DNA from: Octopus vulgaris
Lineage: Eukaryota
NCBI GenBank assembly: GCA_951406725.2
Contig: OX597830.1
Span: 19,964,001-20,028,000 of the forward strand
DNA: 64,000 bases
Direction of reading: 5' to 3'
In this document: piece after piece, positions 27,086-41,624 of the stretch
Layout: every line of letters begins with the position of its first letter
Position numbering within the stretch: position 1 is the first letter of the stretch
Notes under the pieces: model-generated
What the model was told of the DNA's origin: nothing
What the model saw: only the letters and a program-made list of their open reading frames with translations
Databases searched by the model: none
Program-made: the position numbers and the translations under genes

Positions 27086-27490
27086 TAGGGCGCATGCGTG
27101 GCTTTGTAGTAAGTAGCTTGCTTCCCAACCACTTGGTTCCAGGTTGAGCCCCGCTGCGTGGTACTTTGGGCAAGTGTTTTCTATTATAGCCCTGGGCCGA
27201 CCAAAGCCTTGTGAGTAGATTTGGCAAACAGAAACTGAAAGAAGCCTATCGTATGTGTGTCTTTGTGTCTGTGTCTTTGTGTCTGTGTCTGTGTTTGTCC
27301 CTCACCATCTCTTGACAACCGGTGCTGGCGTGTTTACGTCCCCATAACTTAACAATTCGGCAAAAAGGAACCGATAGAATAAGTACCATGCTTAAAATAA
27401 TAAAAGTTCTCGTCTAAAAGTTCTCCAAGTCGGTGCCCCAGCATGACCGGAGCCTTATAACTGAAACAAGCAAGGCAAAAGATAAAAGAA
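27086..27490 (+). mobile_element. Full-length SINE family B
   Basis: Family consensus from tRNA-like head to the gaaacaag A-rich tail. Confidence 0.9.
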
Positions 27491-27872
27491 GCGACCGATT
27501 AGTTAGTTGGATAGATAGTTCACCAAGTGACTAATAATAAAGAAGTGGTATTGAACCAGTGCGTGTGTTATTATTATTGGCGTAATGACCCTCCCAAGAC
27601 ACAATTATATACATACATACATACATACATATACATATATACATACAACTTTCACTTTCATTTTTAAGTAACGTTCTCTTTGCCCACAACCTTTCACCTC
27701 TCTCCCTCCTTCCCTTCCTCGCCACCAACCATTTCTCATCTTCACTTATTTTCTATCTCGTACCGTCATTTGTTTTATTTCCTTCAGTAACTTCTTCCCA
27801 CTCATTCATCTTTTGTGTTTGTTGTTGCTGTTGTTGTTGTTGTTGTTGTTGTTTCACTCCTTCGGCTTTTTT

Positions 27873-27909
<37 letters not shown>

Positions 27910-28492
27910 TACATATACACATTGCCTCTCTCTTATCTTTAATTCTTGTATCCTAACTTCTCTCTATTTCCCTTTTTTGATATTCCTTCTTCTTTCTTCC
28001 TTTCCTTCTTTCTTTCTTTCTTTCTTCCTTTCTTTCTTTCTTTCTCTCTTTCTTTCTTTCCTTCTTTCTTTCTGCTTTTCTGTCTTCCTGTCTTTCTGTT
28101 TTTCTTTCTGTCTTTCTTCCTTCCTTCCTCTCTTTCTTTCTTTCTTTCTTTCTTTCATTCTTTCTTTCTTTGCCCTTTACTTCTTTCTCGCCCTCCTCAT
28201 TCTGCGTCTCTTTGTTCTTAGCTTTCCTTCCTATCTTTCTTAATACTCTCACTTTTCCCTTTTTCCGTCTACCTCTCTATTTGTCAGTCTTTCTTCTTCT
28301 CCCTTTTCTCGCCATTCTCTCTTTACTCCTCATCCCCCCTCTGTCTCTCTACCTCTCCTCTTGTTTTGTTTCACATCAATGCCATACCTTGAGATCAGAA
28401 TGACTGCTTTTTGTGTGTGTATATGTGTGTGTATGTGCATATGTGAGAGAGAGAGAGTGTGCGTGAGTGTGTGTATGTGTACATTATTATTG

Positions 28493-28524
<32 letters not shown>

Positions 28525-28711
28525 TTATATAAATACATATACATATTGTATATGTTATATATATATATGTATATATATATGTGTGTGTGTGTATGTATAC
28601 ATATATATTGATTCATATACACACACACACACATGTATAATGTATTGTGTTGAACTCAATGTTTCTAATAAAACATACCCGCACACATACATACATACAT
28701 ACATACATACA

Positions 28712-28743
<32 letters not shown>

Positions 28744-28872
28744 CACGCATATGTATATACAGGTTTTATACGCACAAATGCGCAAAAACATATGTATACG
28801 CAGTAATACATACACACACATACGAAAGCATATTCATAGCCGCACTCACACATCATTTAGATTTGTATGTAC

Positions 28873-28968
<96 letters not shown>

Positions 28969-30438
28969 ATGAGTGCGTATACGTGTCTGCGTGTATTTGA
29001 GCATATGTGAACGTGTGTAGATATGAAGAACCATTTTTTTTACGGCAGTTCTAATCTCTCTTCTCCTTCAGCTGACCGTAAACTGGAAAACTGGAAGAAA
29101 TCAGTCAAAATCCGCAGAAAAAATAATAAAAGAAAGGATAAGAAATAAAAAAATATATTAAAAAATATTCCTCAAAACATGGCGGAAAAATTATTTTGTT
29201 TGTCCCTTTGATTACAATCTCCCTAATTCTCCATACTTTTTCCTTTCCATTGTTTTTCTTTTCCCCTTCATTTTTTTTTCTTTTTTTTTTCGCTTCTTAT
29301 CCTGCTAATAATAATTTCTTTCTCTCTTCCTTTCTTTTGCTCTTTATTTCTTTCCTCCTTTTCTCTGCCGCTCCTATATATATATTTTTGTTTGTTGTCT
29401 CCCCTTTGATAGAAATCTTCCTAATTCTCTTTTGCTTCTCGCCATCACCTCTTTCTTCTCATCTCTCGTCTCTATAACACTTCAGCTTCCTGCTCTTCTT
29501 CGCTCATTTTTTTTTTACATTCGAATTCTTCTTGGGTTTTTTTCTCCCCTGTCTAACTCTTTATTAGTCACTTTTAACGCTATTTTTATTTATATTTCTT
29601 CATTCTCACTCTCACCCCCCCTCTCTCTCTCTCTCTCTCTCTGCTTCTTTCTTTTTTCTTTCTTTCACTCTTCCTTTCCCTCATTCTTTCTCTTTCCATT
29701 GCATTGCTATATTTCTTTCTTTCTTATTTTCTTGTACTCTTTCTTTCCTTCCTTTTTCATTCATATTCTTTCCCATTATTTTCCTTCTTTTTATTCTGTC
29801 TTCTATTTTTTTCATCGTTTCTTTCGTCTTTCGTTCAATTTTCTTTCTCTTAATCTTCTTCCTTTTCTCTTATTTTTGTTTCTTTTTTGTCTTTCCCTTC
29901 TCCTTTCATTCTTTCAGTCATTTGTCTCATTCTCTTTGCATTCTTTCATTGCTTATTCTTTCCTTTTTCTGTCCACTGTCTTTAACACCGTTTCTTCACC
30001 TCTAACCGACATTCATTCTTTTATTCCGTCATTCTGTCATACTTTCATTGTTCCGCTCTTCCTTTCTTCTCACAATAATTCAAATCTGTATACCTCTTTT
30101 ATCTCTTACCTATTTTCTCCTTCCCTCTCAGACTTCCCTCGTTCATACTCCTTCATTTAATAAGTGTGTGTGTGCGTGTGTGTGTCTTTCTTCCTCGCTC
30201 TCTTCATCCGTCTATCTCTATATTTCTATAGTTTTGTTTCATTTTCCTCTTCTCAAATTTTTTGTTCCTTGTTAACCGTTATCTCCATCATTTTTGTCTG
30301 TCTGTCTGTTTGTTTGTCTCCCTTTCTCTCTCTCTCTCCCCCTCTCTCTCTCTCCCTCCCTCTCTCTCTCTCTCTCTCATATTTGTGTATATGCGTTTGT
30401 ATATACATGCCTGCATTCACAGACACAAATATTCGTAC

Positions 30439-30524
<86 letters not shown>

Positions 30525-31030
30525 TTATATGCATAGAGTCATACACACCCATTTATATAAATCACACATCTATTTCTGTACAAACAGACATTAATATACA
30601 TATATGCATGCATATATATACACATACACAAGCACACACAAACATATTTATACACATATACATGCATAAATATCCCATTTTTTTAAAACAAAACAATACA
30701 AATAATAATTGCGATATAAATTGTTCATTTTTTCTTTTCTTTTCTTTTCTTTGATTTATTCTTTCTGTTTTTCTTTGAATTTTTCGGCTTTTGTGGTTTA
30801 CTTGGTCCGGTCCTAGATAAGGGCAGAGGAACAGCGCTGGTTTATCACCGCTACAATCATCTCATGCACAAACACATACACACGCACACACACCAAACTT
30901 AAATACACACACACACACACACACACACACAAATACACAGACACGCACACGCACAAGATAATATTCACTCGAACACCAACAATAACCAACACCAACGTCT
31001 CTATTAGACAACCGTCATCATTATCATCAC

Positions 31031-31061
<31 letters not shown>

Positions 31062-31129
31062 TTCATCATCATCATCACCATCATCATCATCTTCATCTTC
31101 ATCATCACCATCATTATCGTCTTCATCAT

Positions 31130-31161
<32 letters not shown>

Positions 31162-31255
31162 GCTGCAGTAGTAGTAGCAGTGGCAGTAGCATCATCATAA
31201 TCATCAATATTCCATCTTGATTCTACATACACGCATACACAAATACATGAGCATC

Positions 31256-31325
<70 letters not shown>

Positions 31326-31483
31326 GTGTGTGTGTCTGCGTGTGTATGTATGTATTTGTATAATCAGAATACAACATCCTATGTGAATGTGTGTGCGTGT
31401 AGATAGATAGAGCTGCTCATATATTTAACCACATACACACACACACATGTCCCAACGTTTCCTACCCCTGAAAAAATTCAAGC

Positions 31484-32023
31484 AAGAACCTGATGTGAGT
31501 TGTCTCGCTTCACCGTGACTTACTTTCAGATGCTTTTTTTTCCACACCAGCGCATAGAGAATATATTATCTTACACCTAAAATTTTGCAGCTGACCCAAG
31601 AGCTAGCAACACACATACCCTGTGTATGCGTGTTCGATTTTGTTCACATACTTCGAGCTGCTTCTAATACATATTTGAATTTTTTTCCGTAGCATGAAAC
31701 ATTGGGACATGCTAGCAGATGGTGTCTTAACCATTCAGCATATAGTCTAGCCTGTGGTATGGCTTGCAGCGAGCTTTGTTTGGTATGTGGTATTGATAGG
31801 TGAAAACAACGACGAAGCATCGATGTCTGTCGCTCCGAGAAAGGACCTGATGTGAGTCGTCCCGCTTGACTGTAATTTGCTGTGTTTTTTTTACACCAGG
31901 CGCATAGAGAATATATTCCCTTACGCCTAAAAACCGCAGCTGATCCACTAGCTAACATCACACATGCCCTGTGTATGCGTGTTCGATTTTGTTTCTATAT
32001 ACTTCAAGCTGCTTCCTAGTTCA
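31484..32023. repeat. Two diverged direct repeats of about 185 bp (31484-31670, 31842-32023)
   Basis: acctgatgtgagt..gcgcatagagaatatatt..gcagctga..ccctgtgtatgcgtgttcgattttgtt..agctgcttc occurs in both. Confidence 0.9.
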
Positions 32024-32043
32024 TGTGTGTGTATGTGTGTATA

Positions 32044-32256
32044 AGGGGGTGCTCAAAAGTTCCTGGCTTTAAGGGTATCGCTAAAAGCCTGGCTGGAGGC
32101 CTAAACTTCCAAGTTCTTTTACAGGGCTTAGAAAACTGAAGGAACGCTGCAATAAGTGTGTGAATCTGAGAGGGAAATGTGTTGAATAAAATCATAATTA
32201 ACCGATCCTCTTGTATTTTCTTTTACTAAAGCCAGGAACTTTTCAGCACCCGCTTG
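32044..32256 (+). mobile_element. Mariner-derived MITE (about 213 bp)
   Basis: TIRs gggtgctcaaaagttcctggcttta / taaagccaggaacttttcagcaccc; the interior keeps the transposase tail GLRKLKERCNKCVNLRGKCVE*. Confidence 0.9.
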
Positions 32257-33689
32257 ATAGTATGGACAAATGCATTGTCATGTGGTAAATGCAGTGTAAT
32301 GTAGTGCAACGTAACATGGTTTGAAATTGTTGTTCAGCACCTATTCGTATATATGTAATTACTGACAGCGAATATAAACAAGCCTTTAACCATTAAGTCT
32401 CTTACAAATTGGCATTAATAACTAACCAAGACCTTGATTTAGATTCATGATCCATATAATCCATTATCTATAAAATCATATAAAAGGTAATAAAAGCTAA
32501 ACATAGACTCATACTAGACAATGGAAAATCCCCTCAAAATTAGGAATAAAATTGGGGATAAGACGAAAATGCTGCAGAACAGAAAACTACACGAATCAAT
32601 AAGTCATAAACACGTATTAACAATTACATAAATATCAAAATAGGGATAAAATTTATTGGGATAAATGTAGACATCCCATCATCTGCTGGAAATTATTGTG
32701 GTTTCGACACCAAAAAGAACCACTTAATCTAACGGTCTCAACGGCGTTAAAAATATGTAAACGCTGACTGAGAATTACTAAGTATAACGACAAAAACACT
32801 TGGAATAGAACAGGAACGCCGTGACACATGAGTTAGTGCGAATCTTTCCATAGTAAGAAATACATAAAATTTAAGCGAATATAGACTTAACTGGAATCAT
32901 TTAAATGATTAACACCTAAAGCTTACTACAATAAAGAAGATTAAAGTAAAAATGTCTATGTCTATCCGTCTTTCAACATGATGTATGTATAAGTTTGTGT
33001 ATACATACAGAGAGAGAGAGAGAGAGAGAAAGAGCGAGAGAGAGAGAGGGGGGCTGGATGATATTTACAAGTAGTATACTTATATCTGTTTGTCGTATTC
33101 AAGATTCTTCGATTTCAGTTCTACCATTCATATTAGTATTGTCATAGCTTTATCTAATTTAATTTATCCTGAATTTTTTTTTATCGAGTGTTCTTGTGAT
33201 TGATGCCGCGTTTTAACAGCATATCTAATTGTATATACATAATAAATATTTAATATCTTTTCGTTTCTCTTGTTTGGTTTTTGTTCAGTTTCGGTTGAAC
33301 CATGATCAACTGTATTTCAGCAACGAAGGATCCTGTTCTTTTGTCACGTATATACCCAATGTCTAAGTCTACATTTAAAGATAGTCAAGTATGGTTTGAA
33401 TTAGACTTAAGGCTGCTATTTCTAGCAAAACCCAGGAACTTTGCAGATGCTCTTCCATCGGGTCAACTCTCTCGTATCCTGATTTTAAGAAACAAGATGG
33501 CGGATCTCCGTCTTTTGGCAAACGATTGCAGTTTTAGAATCTGTTTGGCATCGATACTGATGTAACACCAACACCATCAGCAGCAGTAGCAGCAGCAGTA
33601 GCAGCAGTAGCAGCAGCAGCAGCAGCAGCGGCGGCGACAGCGGCAGTTGACAACGAACAGGAGTCAAACTGTTTGAAACGTGTTGTTTT

Positions 33690-33960
33690 ATGTTTTAAAA
33701 GCATCAAAGAGAGGATTAACATTGTGTATGCGAAGTTAATCCAAGAGAATTAATCTTAGAAATTTAAGCACATAAATCATTTTGTTCTTCTTCCTTGAAG
33801 CTCGGCGTCAGGCAATTTAAAGTTACGTGATCCCCTGTCGCATTGTATACAACTTATGGATAGCAGACGAAACGCTGTCGTGCATGCATGCATGCTTTGC
33901 CATAAATAAACAAGAATTAATTCAATTGCTGCTAAGTGTCTTTCGTAATTGAAGTTCACG
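33690..33960. promoter_or_regulatory. Candidate developmental enhancer (dense motif cluster)
   Basis: CATCAAAG, GGATTA, CATTGT, TAATCC, TAATCT and ATAAATCA within 80 bp of non-repetitive DNA; motif evidence only. Confidence 0.25.
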
Positions 33961-34142
33961 TTTCTTCTGTATGTAGTCATCGGTGACTGCTTTGTTACAT
34001 AATATGATGCATGAACCGCATGCCTTGTAAATAACGGAACGCGGTGAACCGTTTTATACCGGTATTCACAAACACAAACACACTCACGCACACATAGAGA
34101 GACGGACGCACACATACACCAGATAGGCAGACAAACAGAATG

Positions 34143-34216
<74 letters not shown>

Positions 34217-34469
34217 GTATGTATATGTATATACATGCGCATACACGTCACGTACAAACACACATACACACGTGATCTTAGTCACTGGGTCGTTTCTGGA
34301 GCGTTGCACTCTTCTGAAAGCTGGACTGCCGCCATCTTCATTCGATCGGTTGCATTACCCTCTCTGCGAGTGGGAACCCGGTGAATTCTGAGAACTGGAA
34401 GGTCCATGCCTCAGGCGATCTAATACGTCGTTTGGGGGTTTGGAAAAATCTGGCCGGGATGCCACATTC

Positions 34470-34708
34470 TCTTTCTTATTTCTTTATTGCCCACAAGGGG
34501 CTAAACATAGAGGGGAGAAACAAGGACAGACAAATGGATTAAGTCGATTAGATCGACCCCAGTGCGTAACTGGTACTTAATTTATCGACCCGCCGAGAGG
34601 ATGAAAGGCAAAGTCGACCTCGGCGGAATTTGAACTCAGAACGTAACGGCAGACGAACTACTGCTGAACATTTCGCCCGGCGTGCTAACGTTTCTCCCAG
34701 CTCGCCGC
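34470..34708 (-). mobile_element. Full-length SINE family A, tail type 1
   Basis: Reverse complement of 8631-8867. Confidence 0.92.
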
Positions 34709-35087
34709 TTTCTCTTTCTTGTTATGTCCTATGTAATGATGTATTTTACATGAAAACATACAACACATCATAATACCATACATACATGCATACATACATA
34801 CATACATACATACGTAGACACATACATACATACATACATACATACATACATACATACATACATACATACATACATACACACACATATACATACATACATA
34901 CATACATACTTACGTACATACATATATACATACATACATGTATGCATGCATTCATACATATATGCATATTCATGTCATTATATTATATATATATAATATA
35001 ATTAATATACATATATGCATATATATATATAATATGTATGTATAAATATATTTGTAAATATATATACATATATATATATATATAATG

Positions 35088-35124
<37 letters not shown>

Positions 35125-35591
35125 GTTTATGCATACATATATACCATATACATACATATTGTAAATTAACGACTGTTATATGTATGCGCGTGTGTCTGTA
35201 GACGCGTGTATTGAGTGGCTTGCTTCAAGCGTAACGGGCAAAGTTGTTTAATCAGTAAAATGGCGGATAAGTCGTTAAATGGTCTGGATGCTATCAGTTT
35301 ACATTGCCGATATGTGAAATCGGAAGGGTCACGTCGAGGAAGGTCACGGTTACCTGTTTAGAGTCAGGGGCGAAATACAAGAGCTACCATGTTTAAAGGA
35401 CATACAACTTGTAGGCCACGGACTAGCTGATTGGCTTAAAGTACCAAAGGTATCGGTATGAAGTTCAAAGCCGTTTTAAGGCCTGCGAACAATGGACAGC
35501 TGTCCGGAGTCACCGCAGATCTAGGGGCCCAATTCTAAAATCTGTGCATGCTGGGGTTTGATATCAATAAATACTATAGATGGTACTTGTG

Positions 35592-35770
35592 CAGGTGCAT
35601 GGCTTAGTGGTTAGGGTGTTGGGCTCATGATCGTATGAGTGTGGTTTCGATTCCTGGACCAGGTGACGCGTTGTGTTCTTGAGCAAAACACTTCATTTCA
35701 TGTTGCTCCAGTCTACTCAGATGGCAAAAATGAGTAATCCTGCGACGGACCGGCGTTCTGTTCAGGGAAC
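35592..35770 (+). mobile_element. SINE family C
   Basis: ggtgcatggcttagtggttaggg..gtggtttcgattcctggacc..ttgagcaaaacacttcatttca. Confidence 0.85.
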
Positions 35771-36713
35771 GAGGAATTTATAAGTTTACCCTTTTTGTTT
35801 GTTTTACCTATAATCGTTACAAGATGGTCCTGTTTGGATTGAGTTATTGCACAGCATTGGATCCTGTGAGTTTCGCGGTCACTTATATTAGACAGTAATT
35901 TGGAGAATATGTTGGAAGAAAAGGCAATAAGGATTTTAAAGTTTGGGTTTATACTGGGAAGAAATCAGTCGGTATGTGCGAGCGTGTGTGTGTGTGTGAG
36001 GGTTTAGAGAAGGTGAGTGGGTACCAAACTTGAGTGCAAGCAGTTCAGAATGGCATGTGATTCGACCTCCGTATCAGCAGCGTCGGTGCGCAAAAGCCAG
36101 GAGGAGCTGTGCGTATTGATGTCACCGAGTATGATGACTTCAGAGAGATGTGAACGAGATAGTGTAGTGATAGGAGCAGTTAAGTGTTGTGTGAGCTGGT
36201 GGGGGGGGGGGGAGAGGTAACAGATAAATTTAGAGAAAGTAGGGGAAGAAGAAGGAGAAGGACTTTGTGCGGGAATAGCGGGAGATTATTGTTGCTCTTA
36301 TCAAACAATACAAATTCACAACGCACGTATAGACACATGCGTATAACCAAATACATACATAAATACATGCACGATCTGGCTTCGATATACATACACACGC
36401 ATGCAACATAAACATGCACAAGTAACACACTCATGAATACAAACAAATACACACACACACATTTACATACAATAGAAACGCAGACATACGCGTATACAGA
36501 CATAGTAAAGACCAATACGTCTCCCTATATTAGACATATACACATATGAGCATACGCATAGAATGGACACGTTCACACAGAGCAAACACGCGTTAATATA
36601 TCAAGGAGATACGCATATACACACACACAAATATATATGTATATATGTATATATATATATATGTATATACATACATACATACATACATATATATATATGT
36701 ATATATATAAATA

Positions 36714-36771
<58 letters not shown>

Positions 36772-37251
36772 AAAAAAGCGTTCGTAATATTTTCTCTCGT
36801 TTGGCTTAACAGCCCTCAATGTCTGTGTTACCGTTATTCTCCTTATCCTGTCTTTTACTGTTTATATTTTGTACTGTCTTTACTGTCCTGTTTTTGTTAC
36901 GATTTTTACTCCTCCGCAAAAAAAATCTCAAATTTTATTTAATTTGCTGTTGCGGGAAGGAATGTTTCAATGGAGTCGTGTCTCGCTTTTACCTTCAAAA
37001 CGCGGAGTAGATGAAACAGAGGCGACTGAAGAAGGGGAATTTTCCTTGTGTTGTATGTCTTGTACTCTATATTTTCGTTGTTTGAGAAAAATGTCCATTT
37101 CCTTGGTTTTGTGATTATGTTTTCGTTTCTCATTGTGTTCGACATTTTTTTGGTGTCCTGTACCCATATATGCATGTATATATACATGTAGATGTAGGTA
37201 CGTACATATATGTATGTATGTATATATGCATATGTTTTATTTATTAATTTG

Positions 37252-37365
<114 letters not shown>

Positions 37366-37375
37366 GCACGTACAA

Positions 37376-37583
37376 GACGGCGTGCTGGCAGAATGGTTAG
37401 CACGCCGGGCAAAGTGTTTAGCGACATTTCATCTGTCTCCACGTTCTGAGTTCAAATTCTGCCGAGGTTGACTTTACCTTTCATCCTTTCGGGATCGATA
37501 AAGTACCAGTTGTGGACTGGGATCGAAGTAATCGACTTACCTCCTTCACTGAAATTGATGGCTTTGTGCCGAAATTTGAAACA
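37376..37583 (+). mobile_element. SINE family A, tail type 3
   Basis: Family A head and core, then gaaattgatggctttgtgccgaaatttgaaac. Confidence 0.85.
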
Positions 37584-37601
37584 CTTACCGCATACATATA
37601 T

Positions 37602-37638
<37 letters not shown>

Positions 37639-38009
37639 AATATATATATATTTGTAAAAATAGTTCGAAAATATTATACAATAATTTTTTAATGTAGGAT
37701 AAAAGTTCCTGAAATGAACCTTATCAAAAAAATTTATATCAGCTCATGCCGTCAAACACAAGAAATTCATTTATAATACACAAAATCAGACATCTTAGAG
37801 TTCATGTATAGTTGATATATAGTTCATGTATGGTTGATATATACAAGTATATGTTAAAGTGTTCGATGCAGTGGCCCAATACGTATTCAATACAAAAAAC
37901 AGATCAAAGTGGTGGAAAGCGGTCAATACAGAAATTGATGTTTCCGAAAGAAATGAATTCAATTTTACCTTAAGCAATTTTTGACCCATGGTGGAAGTTC
38001 GCTGGGTGG

Positions 38010-38066
<57 letters not shown>

Positions 38067-38070
38067 TATA

Positions 38071-38472
38071 TCCTTTTCTACTCTAGGTTAGGTACAAGGC
38101 CTGAAATTTTTAGGGAGGGGGCCAGTCGATTAGATCGCCTCAGTACGAAACTGGTACTTAATTTATCGAGCCCGAAAGGATAAAAAGTAAAATCGATCTC
38201 GTCAGAATTTGAACTCGGAACGTAGACAAATGAAATACCTATTTCTTTACTATCCACAAGGGGCTAAATACAGAGAGGACAAACAAGGACAGACAAACGG
38301 ATTAAGTCGATTACCTCGACCCCAGTGCGTAACTGGTACTTAATTTATCGACCCCGAAAGAATGAAAGGCAAATTCGATCTCGGCGGAATTTGAACTCAG
38401 AACGTAACGGCAGACGAAATACGGCTACGCATTTCGCCCGGCGTGCTAACGTTTCTGCCAGCTCGCCGCCTT
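38071..38472 (-). mobile_element. Two tandem family A SINEs (truncated tail-2 copy 38071-38240, full tail-1 copy 38240-38472)
   Basis: Core ctggtacttaatttatcga..gaatttgaactc occurs twice in the same orientation. Confidence 0.9.
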
Positions 38473-38494
38473 ACACCACACACACACACACACG

Positions 38495-38537
<43 letters not shown>

Positions 38538-38919
38538 ATATATATATGTATATATCAAACACATATGTATAAAAACATGTAAGAAATATATACATTACGT
38601 ACGTACTTAAGCAGTCATATCTGGTAAACACGCACAGACGCGCACACACACACGCACACTCAAACACACCTACACGCACGCACGCACACACACACACACA
38701 CACACGCACACACACACACACACACGCACACACACACACACACACACATGCACACATGCAATACGAGCGTCGAGTTACAAATGCTCAAAGATACAACGCA
38801 TGCACAAAAAACAAAAAAACAAAGACAAGCTGATGCAAATACAATGCACAAACTAACGCTGAAATCTCTACATGGTTACTCGATCTGTTAGAAACAGTAG
38901 TCAAATCAGTAGCCTAGCC

Positions 38920-39023
38920 ATTCCCACTGCGTGGCAATTTGGGCAAATTTCTACTATAGCCTCGGGCCGACCAAAGCCTTGTTAGTGGATTTGGTAGACG
39001 GAAACTGAAAGAAGCCCGTCGTA

Positions 39024-39092
<69 letters not shown>

Positions 39093-39103
39093 GTGTGTGT
39101 ATA

Positions 39104-39140
<37 letters not shown>

Positions 39141-39343
39141 ATGTGTTTGTGCGTCTGTGTTTGTCCTCCCAACATCGCTTGACAACCGATGGTGGTGTGT
39201 TTATGTCCCCGTAACTTAGCGGTTCGGCAAAAGAGACCGATAGAATAAGTACTATGCTTACAAAGAATAAGTCCTGGGGTCGATTTGCTCGACTAAAGGC
39301 GGTGCCCCAGCATGGTCGCAGTCAAATGACTGAAACAAGTAAA
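38920..39343 (+). mobile_element. SINE family B, head truncated
   Basis: ggccgaccaaagccttg..gaagcccgtcg-(TA/TG)n-tgtgtttgtcc..cagtcaaatgactgaaacaagtaaa. Confidence 0.9.
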
Positions 39344-39350
39344 GGAGAGA

Positions 39351-39415
<65 letters not shown>

Positions 39416-39945
39416 AATGTCCCTCAGACAGCGTCGGCCTACCAAATAAGAAAAGAGTACGCTGGAAATGTGGTTTGAGAAAAAAAGGAAAAATAAACTA
39501 TGTGGTCACAGTTGGAATGTCTCTGATCATATGTCTGCTTGATCAGGGTTCAGCCAAAAGCTAAATAACAATAATAACAACAACAGTAATGATGAAAAAA
39601 CTTAAAATACACGTGTGCATCTAACATATTCGCATACACACATACACTTATAAACATGCATATTCATATATACACATACACACATATACATATACTCACA
39701 TATACACATTCACACGCGCATACATATACATGATTTCCTCCATGCACTCATGCATACACACAACTTAATTAACACACAAACGCACATGTACGTCCACACA
39801 TCCATTTACACGCACACATGCATATGTGTACGCTCACATATACACATACACGCATACATATATACACACATATAAACAATCTCGACTAATAAGATTGCCC
39901 GAATTCACTTAAACGTATACATACACACACACACATACACACTCA

Positions 39946-40021
<76 letters not shown>

Positions 40022-40195
40022 CACGTATATGTATACACATACATGTTCATATATATATTTACATACACAGACACATATGCAGACACGCACACATGCACAC
40101 AAACACACACATATATACACACATACACATATGTACGCTGAGATGTGAATACATACGTGCACATATTCACACACATACACATTCATAACTCATAA

Positions 40196-40238
<43 letters not shown>

Positions 40239-40324
40239 TCATCATCAATCCAAACACGAGGGGTCAAAAGTAAATGCTATATTTCATTATATGACATTTC
40301 TTAGGGGACGAGGAATCACTGATG

Positions 40325-41239
40325 TGTGGGTGTGGTGGTGGTGGTGGTGGTGATGGTGGCGGCAGCGGTGGCGGCGGCGGTGGTGGTAGTGGTTGTAGTA
40401 GTGGTAGTAGTGGTGGTGGTAGTGGTAGTGGTTGTAGTAGTGGTAGTAATGGTGGTGGTTGTGGTTGTGGCAGAGGCGGTGGTGGCGGCAGCGGCGGCGG
40501 TAGCGGTGGTGGTAGTGGTTGTAGTAGTGGTAGTAATGGTGGTGGTGGTGGTGTTTAGATAGTGGGGGAGTTTATGATGGTGGTGGTATACTGAAGATAG
40601 TGAGTGTGCTAATGGAAAGTGAGGACAATGGCTATGATGATGGTAGTGATGATGGTAATGATGGTGATAATAGTGGTGGTGGTTATATTGATGACGTTGA
40701 TGACGATGCTGCTGCTACTACTGCTGCTGCTGATTATGATGACGGGGATGGTGATTATGATGTTGATGAGGAGGCAGAGGGAGAAATTTATGATAATGAT
40801 GTTGATGGTGACGGAGATGAACACGATGGCGATGACGATGATGGCGGTGTTGTTGATGAGGAGCATGGGTATGACGACGACGGCTTTAGGTTGAGGTACG
40901 AGCAAGTAATATGTAGTGTGTGTGGGAGGTGGCTGGGGAATAAAGTAAAGGTAGTAAGAGATATTAGGGAGCAAGGGGCAGGCTAGGAGCCCAAAATAAT
41001 TTATCTTGTTTGGCAGATGGTATGGGTTGTGGCGTGGTGAGAGGCGGCGAGGTGTGGTTTCTATTGATTGTGGTTATGGTCAAGGCGATGATGACGATGA
41101 TGATGATGATAATGAAGAGAAAGATGAAGAAGATGATGATGAAGGCAATGATGAAGAAGACGGTGATGAAAAGGAGGAGGATTATGATGAAATTGAGGTA
41201 GTGATGGTCATTAAGGTAATAGTAATATTGTGACAGTCG

Positions 41240-41284
<45 letters not shown>

Positions 41285-41306
41285 CGATGATAATGATGAT
41301 GACGAT

Positions 41307-41347
<41 letters not shown>

Positions 41348-41420
41348 TGATGATGATGATGACGATGACGATGATGATGATGATGATGGCGATGACGATT
41401 ATGATTATGTTGGCTATGAT
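40325..41420. repeat. GGT/GAT trinucleotide low-complexity region
   Basis: (GGT), (AGT), (GAT) and (GAC) runs. Confidence 0.95.
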
Positions 41421-41431
41421 AATAGTAAAAA

Positions 41432-41614
41432 TCCTTTGTCCAATAGGCGCACGGCCCGAAATTTGAGAGGAGAGGGAAAATGGATGACATCGACCCCAAG
41501 TACTTGACTTGTACTTATTTTATCGACCTCGGCGGAATTTGAACTCATATTGTAAAGACAGATGAAAGGCCACTAAGCATTTCGCCCGGCATGCTAATGA
41601 TTCTACCAGCTCAC
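41432..41614 (-). mobile_element. SINE family A, diverged and deleted
   Basis: gacctcggcggaatttgaactc..taagcatttcgcccggc. Confidence 0.8.
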
Positions 41615-41624
41615 GATCACTCCC

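Noticed and set aside
35326-35346. Nuclear-receptor half sites GGGTCA and AGGTCA
   Set aside because: The 9-bp spacing is not a standard response element and could be chance.
35592-35665. tRNA genes at SINE heads (also 8542, 45540-45609, 46012)
   Set aside because: A/B-box-like motifs are present but no convincing cloverleaf, and each continues into a SINE body.
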